A DNA stretch of 14,434 nt from an uncultured delta proteobacterium (GTDB taxonomy: Bacteria; Myxococcota; Myxococcia; Myxococcales; Myxococcaceae), in NCBI GenBank assembly GCA_963771175.1, contig CAVYSY010000013.1:1-14434 (forward strand). Reading direction: 5' to 3'. Both the position numbers and the translations under genes were made by a program. Positions 1 to 9,111 of the stretch are shown in pieces (within the stretch, counting starts at the first letter, position 1; each line of letters begins with the position of its first letter). The notes under the pieces were generated by a model. That model made no database searches, had not been told where the DNA came from, and saw only the letters and a list, made by a program, of their open reading frames with translations.

Positions 1-307
1 GGGATGAGGGGATGCGATGGAGCGGCGTGCCTCGGGGACGTGAGAGAACGGGACGTCGGGAGCTTCGGGTTGTCCCGCGGGCGTCTGCAATCCCAGCAAT
101 GCTCGCGCCAGACCCGGGTCGTCACCGTTGCGAGGACGACGCGTCGCGTCACGTGGGAGAAGTGGAGCATTGATGCTCCAGTCAATCACGGGCCTGTAAG
201 CGCCGGGTCTCCCGGAGGGTGAGACTCCCTGGAAGCCGGGGGGTTACGATGCAACCCGCCAACTGTCTGGGAGAGGACAGAAAGTGACGTGTTTTCGGAC
301 AAGCCGG

Positions 308-1231
308 TCAGGGGCGGATCTCCAGTGCCAGGGCTCGGAGGGGACGGTGCGGCGAAGCCGAAGCGGCTCGCGTGGGTGGCCAGCCACTTATAGGTGGAGG
401 TGCTGGTGCTGCCCACGGTGACGTCCACGGCGATGCCGCCCTGGTGGTTGGAGTAGCCGGGCTTGGCGGCGAGGTTGCCGGTGCCGTTGAGGTACTTCCG
501 GTAGAGGTCGCGCTGCTGCTCCATGGTGCGGAAGGCGCTGACGACGGGGAGGTTGATGCCGGCGCGGCTCGCGGCGGCGTGCATGCGGTTGAAGGCGGCG
601 GCGGCGTCCGAGCGCATCTGCTTGCCGCCGGGGATGGAGGCGAGGGTGATTTGACGGGCCACGCCGTGGACGTAGCCGGTGACGACGCGGCCGCCGCTGG
701 AGGGGGGCGTGGACGGGGCCGCACCTTGATGCCGAGCTTGTCCCACGTCTTGGGGCCCACGACGCCATCGGCGGTGAGGCCCTTGGCCTTCTGGAAGGCC
801 TTCACGGCGGCGAGCGTCTTGGGACCGAAGTCCCCATCGGCGGTGCCGACCTTGTAGCCGAGCGCGTTGAGGCGGTTCTGCAGGGCGCGCACGGGCTCGC
901 CGCGGGCGCCGACGCGCAGCGTGGGCCCCGAGCCACCCGAGGACGCGGGGGCCGGGGGCTTGGGGGCGGTGGCCGCGTTGAGGGTGCTCCAGGTCTTGGG
1001 GCCCACGACGCCGTCGACGGCGAGGCCACGCGCCTTCTGGAAGGCCTTCACGGCGGCGAGCGTCTTGGGACCGAAGGGGCCATCGGCGGCACCGGGGTCG
1101 AAGCCCGCGGCCTTCAGCTTCTTCTGCAGCGTCACCACGGCGGGCCCGCGCGAGTCCACGCGGAGCGTGGGGGGCGCGGAGGAGGCTGCGACGCGCGGTG
1201 CGAGTGCGGTGGAGCGGGAGATGGAGACCAT
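308..1231 (-). CDS. Peptidoglycan-binding (2x PG_binding_1) M15/VanY-family Zn peptidase (D-Ala-D-Ala carboxypeptidase-like); apparent frameshifts near 720, 352 and 322
   Basis: ATG at 1231 (MVSISRSTALAP). Two PG_binding_1 repeats (TLRVDSRGPAVVTLQKKL..DGPFGPKTLAAVKAFQKARGLAVDGVVGPKTW and TLRVGARGEPVRALQNRL..DGDFGPKT..DGVVGPKTW). After a frame change comes the M15 core (SAFRTMEQQRDLY, AAKPGYSNHQGGIAVD = SxHxxGxAxD, YKWLATHASRFGF). A third frame reads RTVPSEPWHW, and the gene ends EIRP-TGA at 308. Confidence 0.9.
   Translation of the reverse strand: MVSISRSTALAPRVAASSAPPTLRVDSRGPAVVTLQKKLKAAGFDPGAADGPFGPKTLAAVKAFQKARGLAVDGVVGPKTWSTLNAATAPKPPAPASSGGSGPTLRVGARGEPVRALQNRLNALGYKVGTADGDFGPKTLAAVKAFQKAKGLTADGVVGPKTWDKLGIKVRPRPRPPPAAAASSPATSTAWPVKSPSPPSPAASRCARTPPPPSTACTPPRAAPASTSPSSAPSAPWSSSATSTGSTSTAPATSPPSPATPTTRAASPWTSPWAAPAPPPISGWPPTRAASASPHRPLRALALEIRP
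747..1076. repeat. Intragenic direct repeat encoding the two PG-binding domains (period 246 bp)
   Basis: 786-830 and 1032-1076 are identical over 45 nt (gccttctggaaggccttcacggcggcgagcgtcttgggaccgaag). 747-766 and 993-1012 are identical over 20 nt. Both offsets are 246 bp (82 codons). Confidence 0.95.
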
Positions 1232-1270
1232 GGGGGGCGCTCGTTTTTGGAAGTGGGAAAACCTGCTTCC

Positions 1271-1299
1271 ATTTTCGTAAGTGCCGGGAAGAAGTTTCC
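1271..1299 (-). promoter_or_regulatory. Candidate alternative-sigma promoter upstream of the peptidase
   Basis: AT-rich patch in the divergent intergenic region. The minus strand reads GGAAACTT-N13-ACGAAAAT, ending 40 nt before the ATG at 1231. This is a pattern resemblance only. Confidence 0.25.
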
Positions 1300-1368
1300 T
1301 CACATCGGGAAATGCCTGCCACGGAGGCGAAGGCCCCGGTACTCTGGCCGCGGTTCCGGGAGGGGAAC

Positions 1369-1899
1369 GTGGCGATCAGGTTGAGACTCGACACGCTGGC
1401 GGGGAAGGCCTTCCTGCGCCAGGAGGGGGTGGAGCTGGCGGAGGATGAACCGCGGCTCGCGCTGGTGACGTGCGGGGAGGAGCTCGCGCGGCTGCTGGAG
1501 GGGGCGATGGCGCTGTCCTTCTCGCAGGAGCTGACCGAGCACCCCGAGGAGGACGCGGTGGTGGACGGCTTCCTGCGCGACTGCGCGGAGTACAGCGACG
1601 TGCAGGGGCTGCCCGAGGGGCTGCGCGAGGAGATGGAGGCGCACTTCGACAAGCAGCTGGAAGGGCTGTGGAAGCTGGACTGGCTGGTGTTCGGGAACGC
1701 GCGGGAGGCGCCGCTGGAGCCGGGGGAGAACGCGGTGCGAGGGCGGGCGGTGACGCTGTGCCTGGCGCGCTACGACAGCCCCGGGGTGGAGATGAGCCCG
1801 CGGCTGCGCCGGTACATGGCGAGCTTCAAGGAAGCGGTGACGCGCATCCAGGGCGGCTCGGACGCGGGCCAGGGCGGAGCGGGGCCGCTGCTGCACTGA
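1369..1899 (+). CDS. Hypothetical acidic protein (~176 aa)
   Basis: Uninterrupted ORF with strongly G/C-ending codons. GTG at 1369 follows a GGAGGGG Shine-Dalgarno-like motif (alternative ATG at 1312). Stop TGA at 1897-1899. Confidence 0.8.
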   Translation: MAIRLRLDTLAGKAFLRQEGVELAEDEPRLALVTCGEELARLLEGAMALSFSQELTEHPEEDAVVDGFLRDCAEYSDVQGLPEGLREEMEAHFDKQLEGLWKLDWLVFGNAREAPLEPGENAVRGRAVTLCLARYDSPGVEMSPRLRRYMASFKEAVTRIQGGSDAGQGGAGPLLH

Positions 1900-1921
1900 C
1901 GGTATGACGCAGTGAGGGGGC

Positions 1922-2767
1922 TCAGCTCGGGCCGCCGCGCGGGCGCTGCGGGAAGGGCAGCACTGGCGCGAGCGGCCAGTCGTGGATGCGTGTTTCCAGC
2001 AGCCGGGTGAGGCCCCGCTTGCCGTGCATGCGTGCCAGGGACAGGGCGGAGGCGTGGCGCGCGTTCTGCCGCAGCGGATCCGCCCCGGCCCGCAGCAGGA
2101 GGCGGACGACGTCCTCGTCTCCCCTGCGCACCGCGAGCATCAGCGGCGTGGTGCCCTCGGGAGTCTCCGCGTCCGGCCGGGCCCCGGCGTCGAGCAGGAG
2201 CTGCACCAGCAGCGGGTGTCTCCGGTCCGCCGCGTAGTGCAGCGGGTGCCAGCCGGACTCCTCGCGGTTCTCCAAGGGCAGGAAGGTGGAGCTGCGCGCC
2301 TCCACGTTCGCGCCCCGGCGCAGCAGCTCCCCGGCCAGCGCGCCGTGGCCCGAGAGGGTGGCGCAGGTGAGGGGCGTCTTGCCGTCCGTCCCGCCGTACT
2401 CGAGCGCCGCGCCCGCCTCGTCCAGCAGGTAGTACGTCAGCTCCGTCCGGCCCGCGCCCACCGCGTGCCGCAGCGCCTCGCCGCGCTCGTCCGGGCCCGC
2501 CAGGGGCACCAGGACACGCACCGCTTCGAGGTGACCGCGCTCGGCCGCGAGCATCAGCGCGGTGGCGCCTCGTGGGTCCTTCACCGTCGCGTCCGCGCCA
2601 CGCGCGAGCAACCAGCGCACCAGCTCCGCATGTCCATGGAAGGCGGCCCACAGCAGGGCCGTCATGCCCTGGGCATCTCCGCGGCTGAGCGCCTTCGGGT
2701 TCGCGTCCAGCAGGGACTCCACCGCGGCGGTGTCTCCGCGGCGGACGGCATCGAAGAGGTCGGACAT
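1922..2767 (-). CDS. Ankyrin-repeat protein (~7 repeats)
   Basis: Intact ORF from MSDLFDAVRRGD. Repeated ankyrin motifs: GMTALLWAAFHGHAELVRWLLARGAD, GATALMLAAERGHLEAVRVLV, GKTPLTCATLSGHGALAGELLRRGANV, GWHPLHYAA, GTTPLMLAVRRGDEDVVRLLLRAGAD. Confidence 0.93.
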   Translation of the reverse strand: MSDLFDAVRRGDTAAVESLLDANPKALSRGDAQGMTALLWAAFHGHAELVRWLLARGADATVKDPRGATALMLAAERGHLEAVRVLVPLAGPDERGEALRHAVGAGRTELTYYLLDEAGAALEYGGTDGKTPLTCATLSGHGALAGELLRRGANVEARSSTFLPLENREESGWHPLHYAADRRHPLLVQLLLDAGARPDAETPEGTTPLMLAVRRGDEDVVRLLLRAGADPLRQNARHASALSLARMHGKRGLTRLLETRIHDWPLAPVLPFPQRPRGGPS

Positions 2768-2854
2768 GCATCCCCCCAGGTAGGGCAACCCATGGTGTCA
2801 CCTGGGAGTCTATGCCGGAGGGGGCGGGGCGGTCCGTAAGGGATTTCCACCGCC

Positions 2855-3568
2855 TCAGCGGGCCCGGAGGTGCTTCACGTAGAGGGACTCGAGGGACTGG
2901 AAGTAGCCGCGCTCCTCCCACATGGCGGCGGCGAGCCGCTCGGCGAGGGAGTCCACCTCCTGCTCCTCGCCCTGGGAGGGCGTGCGGGGGGCGCCATTCC
3001 ACAGCTCCAGGGCCTTGGTGAGCTCGTCGAGCAGCAGCCGGCTGCCGGCGAAGAGGCGGCGCAGCACCTGGTTCACCGGGCGCGCGTCCAGCTCCTTGCA
3101 GGCGGCGTCGATGGCGGAGTGGACGCGGCGGGCGGTGTCCTCGGTGAGGGTGCTCGCGGTGAGGTCTCCCCGCTCCAGCGCGTGCTGCAGGAGGTAGCCG
3201 TGGTGGAGGGAGAGCGAGGCCATGTCCGCGCAGTCCTTCACCCAGAGGGCCGTGGCCAGGCGCCGGTAGGCCTTGCGCCAGGTGAGCCGCAGGGAGAAGA
3301 GCGCGGCCTTGCTGGCGAACTGCTGCACGCGGCTGCCGTGGCGCGGGTAGAGGCCGGCGAGCACCGCCACCGTCCGGTCCGTCGTGGACAGCGAGCGCTC
3401 GCGGAGGAGGGCGCGCACCATCTGCTCGCGCACGCGGCGCAGGGCGTACTCGTCGAGGAAGGGGACGGGGATGAGGGGGGTGAGGCCGGAGGCCACGGCG
3501 TGCAGGGCCACGCGCCGTACCTGGGGAGGCACGGTGGAGGGCTGGGGCTCGGAGGCGGTGGAGGACAT
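2855..3568 (-). CDS. Hypothetical helical protein (237 aa) with an N-terminal hydrophobic GLTPLIPVPFLD motif, loosely DUF697/EcsC-like
   Basis: Intact ORF with G/C-ending codons, co-oriented between the kinase and ankyrin genes. The IPVPFLD motif recalls DUF697-type proteins, but the family call is uncertain. Confidence 0.75.
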   Translation of the reverse strand: MSSTASEPQPSTVPPQVRRVALHAVASGLTPLIPVPFLDEYALRRVREQMVRALLRERSLSTTDRTVAVLAGLYPRHGSRVQQFASKAALFSLRLTWRKAYRRLATALWVKDCADMASLSLHHGYLLQHALERGDLTASTLTEDTARRVHSAIDAACKELDARPVNQVLRRLFAGSRLLLDELTKALELWNGAPRTPSQGEEQEVDSLAERLAAAMWEERGYFQSLESLYVKHLRAR

Positions 3569-3615
3569 GGGGGCCCGGGAGAGTTAGCACGGACGGGGTC
3601 GCGCCGCGCCGGGAG

Positions 3616-5504
<1,889 letters not shown>

Positions 5505-5731
5505 GGGTGGCCCCCTGGAACGTCACCCCGGACATGTCCCCCCGCGGGAGCATGACGGCGAGGCCATTGTCCCCTGTCCGTCGGGTGATCGGGAGGGAGG
5601 GTGGCTGTAATGATTCATCCCGTGTGCAGTGTTCGCGGTGTTCTGCCCGCTACCCGACAGACGGGAGGGACTGAGGAGGGAGGAGGAGAGGTGGGCGGGC
5701 CACTCTCAGTGGACCCAGGGGGGCAGAACTC

Positions 5732-6267
5732 ATGCAGGGAATCGTTGGCAAGGTGGCACTCGTGACGGGGGGCAGCTCGGGCATTGGACTCGCGGCGGCG
5801 CGGGAGCTGGGGCGAGCGGGAGCGCGGGTGGCGATCGCGGGCCGGACGAAGGAGCGCGGCGAGGCGGCGGAGCGGGCGCTGCGCGAGGATGGCGTGGAGG
5901 CGCTCTACATCCAGGCGGACGTGGGGCGAGGGGAGGACGTGCGGCGGATGGTGGAGACGGTGGTGGGGAAGTGGGACCGGCTGGATCTGGCGGTGAACAA
6001 CGCCGCGCTGGGGGACATGCGACTGGCGCCACTGACGGAGCTGTCCGAGGAGGAGTTCGACCGGGTGCTCGGGGTGGACCTGAAGGGCGTGTGGCTGTGC
6101 ATGAAGTATGAGATTCCGGAGATGGTGAAGGCGGGGGGCGGGGCGATAGTGAACGTCTCGTCGATCAACGGGCTGTCGGGGACGCCGATGGGCTGCTGTC
6201 GGACGGCGCCTCGTATGTGAACGGCTGCGTGATGACAGTGGACGGCGGAGTGATGGCTGACCTGTGA
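5732..6267 (+). pseudogene. Classical SDR oxidoreductase (FabG/glucose-1-dehydrogenase-like) with an internal deletion
   Basis: Rossmann motif VALVTGGSSGIG, NNA and AIVNVSS run to GTPMG (6193). The sequence then joins out of frame to the SDR C-terminus LLSDGASYVNGCVMTVDGGVMADL-TGA (6193-6267). The YxxxK motif and the RVNxxxPG region are absent. Confidence 0.85.
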
Positions 6268-6294
6268 TGTCTTTTGCTCGGGGAGGCGCAGACC

Positions 6295-6672
6295 ATGGGA
6301 TGGTACGCGGCCAGTGTCGTCATGTACTTCCAGCTCAAGGACGAGCCGCAGGACGAGTTCTACATCTGGGAGAACGTCTACCTGATCGAGGCCCCCAATG
6401 GGGCCGAGGCTCGTCGCAAGGCGGAATATTTTGGCAAGCTGGAGGAAGGAGACGACGACACTCTGACCTGGAACGGCAAGCCAGCGAGACAGGTATACGG
6501 AGGCATCCGGAAGATCCTCACCTGTGCCCCCTCGCTCAAGAGCCGTACCGGGGACAACGAGCAGCTCGAGGATGGCATGGAGGCGACCTACAATGCCTTC
6601 ACTGTCTCCAGCCGGGAGAGGCTGGAGTCCTTCATCAGAGGTGAGCCCGTCGAGGTCATCTACGAAGGGTGA
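6295..6672 (+). CDS. DUF4288-like protein (125 aa)
   Basis: GGAGG upstream of ATG 6295. The pattern MGWYAA..WENVYLIEAPNGAEARRKAEYFGK..LEDGMEATY fits my recollection of DUF4288. The ORF is intact and lower in GC than its flanks (36/60 G+C in 6301-6360). Confidence 0.75.
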   Translation: MGWYAASVVMYFQLKDEPQDEFYIWENVYLIEAPNGAEARRKAEYFGKLEEGDDDTLTWNGKPARQVYGGIRKILTCAPSLKSRTGDNEQLEDGMEATYNAFTVSSRERLESFIRGEPVEVIYEG

Positions 6673-6685
6673 GCGGGTCCCTCCC

Positions 6686-8309
6686 TCAGGGCCCGATGAG
6701 CACGCCCGGGTTGAGCATCCCCTGGGGGTCGAGCGCGCGCTTCACCGCCTCGAGCGCGAGGGCGAAGGGCGCGGGGCGCTCGCGGTCGTACCAGGGGCGG
6801 TGCAGTCGGCCGACCGCGTGGTGGTGCGTGATGGTGCCGCCGTGCGCGAGGATCGCCTCGCTCGCGGCGCGCTTGATCTCCGCCCACTGCTCCAGCTCGC
6901 CACCGGGCCTCGCCGGGCCGAGGAACGTGTAGTAGGGCGCGGGCCCGTCCGGATAGACGTGCGTGAAGCGGCAGGTCACGAGCCCGCCGCCGCAGACGCG
7001 CTCCAGGGCGCCGCGCATGGCCTCCAGGATGGCGCCGTGGAGCGCGTCGAACCGGTCCCACGTGCAGGCGGTCTCGAAGGTGTCGACGATGACGCCGAGG
7101 CTCACGAGGGCGCTCTGCAGGTACGGGGCGCTCGAGGAAGGCCGCGCGCCAGCTGCTCGGCGGCCCCGCCGGAGCGCGCCTGGGCGCCGGGCTCATCGTC
7201 GCGGTAGCGGGCCCCCTCGCGGCAGTCGCCACCGTGCGCGGCGGCGATCGCCAGCGCGCGCTCCATCCACGCGCTCGAGCGGGTGGTCGGCGGACTCGAA
7301 GGCGAGCAGGAGCACGCCGTGTGCCGTCGCCCGCGACGCCGTTGAGCATCGCCTCCGCGCGCGTCGAGCAGCCGGCAGTTGCGACGGGTACAGCCCCGAC
7401 TGCGCGAGCGCGCGCGCGGCGCGCGACGGCGGCGTCGAAGTCGGCGAAGTGGACGCTGGCGCCGGCGCGCCAGCGCGGCCGCGGCTGCACGCGCACCCAC
7501 GCCTCGGTGATGACGCCGAGCGTGCCCTCGGAGCCGAGCACGAGCCGATCCGGCTGCGGCCCCGCGCCCGAGCCGGGCAGGCGGCGCGTCTCGATCACGC
7601 CGCGCGGGCGTGATCATGCGCACCGACTCGCACCAGATCGTCGATGTGCGTGTAGAGCGTGGCGAAGTGGCCGCCGGCGCGCGTCGCGATCCAGCCGCCG
7701 AGGGTGCGAGAACTCGAAGGACTGCGGGAAGTGGCGCAGCGTGAGGCCGTGCGGCGCGAGCTGCGCCTCGAGCGCGGGGCCGGTCGCGCCCGCCTGGATG
7801 CGCGCCGCGCGCGAGATCGGGTCGACCTCGAGGACGCGATCGATGCGGCGCAGGTCGAGCGACACGGCGCCGCGATAGCCTTGCCGACGGCGGCCTCGAC
7901 GCCGCGCACGACGCTGGTGCCACCGCCGAAGGGAATGAGCGCCACGCGGTTGTCGCCGCACCACTCCAGCACGGCGCGCACCTCGTCCTCGGCGCGGGGA
8001 TAGGCGACGAAGTCGGGAGCCGGGGAGAAGTCCCCGTGGAAGCCGCGCACGAGGTCCCGGTAGCCCTTGCCGTAGGTGTGCGCGGCACGATCCGCGTCCT
8101 TGGCCGAGCACAGGGCCGCGAGGGACTCGGGCGGAGCCACACGGGGGCGAGGGAGCTCGCAGTGCGTCGAGCGGAGTGGGCTCGCGGGGCTCCAGGGTGG
8201 GGCCGCCGAGGAGCGCGGAGACCTGCTCCGCGAGGGAGCGCCGTGCCTCGATGTCGGGGAACTTGTCCGCGTAACCCCAGCCCCAGATGCTCGTCGCGCG
8301 AGTGCTCAT
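6686..8309 (-). CDS. agpS: FAD-binding oxidoreductase (FAD_binding_4 + FAD-oxidase_C), alkyl-dihydroxyacetonephosphate synthase/AgpS-like; many apparent frameshifts
   Basis: Stitched motifs: IWGWG, [141 protein letters not shown]. It closely resembles mycobacterial AgpS as I recall it. The enzymatic function is not demonstrated. Confidence 0.85.
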
Positions 8310-8529
8310 GGGGCGCGAGCGTACTCCGGATGGGGAACGCCTGAAGGTCTGGGTTCAGGGGCGTTCGCGGCCAAGTACCTCTTGTGGAACAATGGTTCCA
8401 GACGCCTTGGTGTCAGAGGCACTGGAGGGTGCATGCCGGCCTGGAGAGTTCTCTGATTCGCGGCGCATCAGCTCCCTCGCGAGTGTCATCTGCTGCGTCA
8501 TGGAGAAGATGGGCACGGTGAGGTGAGCC

Positions 8530-9087
8530 ATGTCGCACCCTGAGCTCGAGGAGTTGGTGGCGAGGTTCCGGGAAGCCCGGCGGGATGCCGAGGTCGATAT
8601 GGGAAACCCGGGGCAGTTGAAGCGGCACAGGGAACTGGCCGAGGCCTGCCCTGCGTTCACACAGAACCTCCTCTTCCTGGCCTGGCGGCTGCTGAGGTCC
8701 GAGGCCCCCGAGCAGGCACTCGAAGACCGGCTCTCTGAAATCCAACGGCTGTTGGAAATGGCCGTTCTGGGCTCGTACCGGAGCGCTCCTGCGGTCGTGG
8801 AGCTCGGCTACTTCCTGGATACCTACCGCAACGCTCCTCATGAGGCCGCCAGACTCTATGAGGAGGCGGGCGCCAAGGCCTTGGAGACGGTCAGGGACTC
8901 CTGGCGGGGCTTGATTCGATACTGGAACGACGAGCGCACGAAGGAGACCCTGGAAAAGGCGCTGAAGCTCGGCGAACTGGCGGAGAAACTGTTCCCGGAT
9001 TACACGCCCCTCATGCTCGAGGTGCTCACGACGAGGGAGTACGCGACGCTCGATGGTCTGATCGCTCCCGGAGGTTCGGAGCGCTGA
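8530..9087 (+). CDS. Hypothetical alpha-helical (TPR-like) protein, 185 aa
   Basis: GAGGTGA Shine-Dalgarno-like motif before ATG 8530. Intact ORF with amphipathic helices (AVVELGYFLDTYRNAPHEAARLYEEA, TLEKALKLGELAEKLFPD). More A/T-ending codons than neighbouring genes. Confidence 0.8.
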   Translation: MSHPELEELVARFREARRDAEVDMGNPGQLKRHRELAEACPAFTQNLLFLAWRLLRSEAPEQALEDRLSEIQRLLEMAVLGSYRSAPAVVELGYFLDTYRNAPHEAARLYEEAGAKALETVRDSWRGLIRYWNDERTKETLEKALKLGELAEKLFPDYTPLMLEVLTTREYATLDGLIAPGGSER

Positions 9088-9111
9088 CCGGGAGCGAGCA
9101 TGCCCGTGTGC

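Noticed and set aside
1..170. Minus-strand frame from ATG 170 (MLHFSHVTRRVVLATVTT..) open to the window edge; possible 5' end of a gene
   Set aside because: Short, with mixed codon usage and no recognisable motif. It cannot be supported without the sequence to the left.
137..254. Short palindromes and hairpins (cgacgcgtcg at 137-146; aggg-tgact-ccct; gggtt-acgatgc-aaccc) downstream of the peptidase
   Set aside because: Short stems with no U-tract and no recognisable ncRNA or riboswitch pattern. Compatible with chance at this GC content.
308..1231. Peptidase as a vancomycin-resistance vanY or a prophage endolysin
   Set aside because: No van cluster, holin or phage genes in the window. The VanY label reflects family membership only.
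1770..3590. Long alternative-frame and antisense ORFs (e.g. 1770-3590 -, 9128-11029 +, 10791-11675 +)
   Set aside because: Arg/Pro/Ala/Gly-rich shadow ORFs expected from stop-codon scarcity in high-GC DNA. They overlap well-supported genes.
8287..8526. 79-aa plus-strand ORF ending just before the 8530 gene
   Set aside because: It overlaps the agpS start, has atypical codon usage and shows no motif. Its stop simply forms part of the next gene's SD-like sequence.
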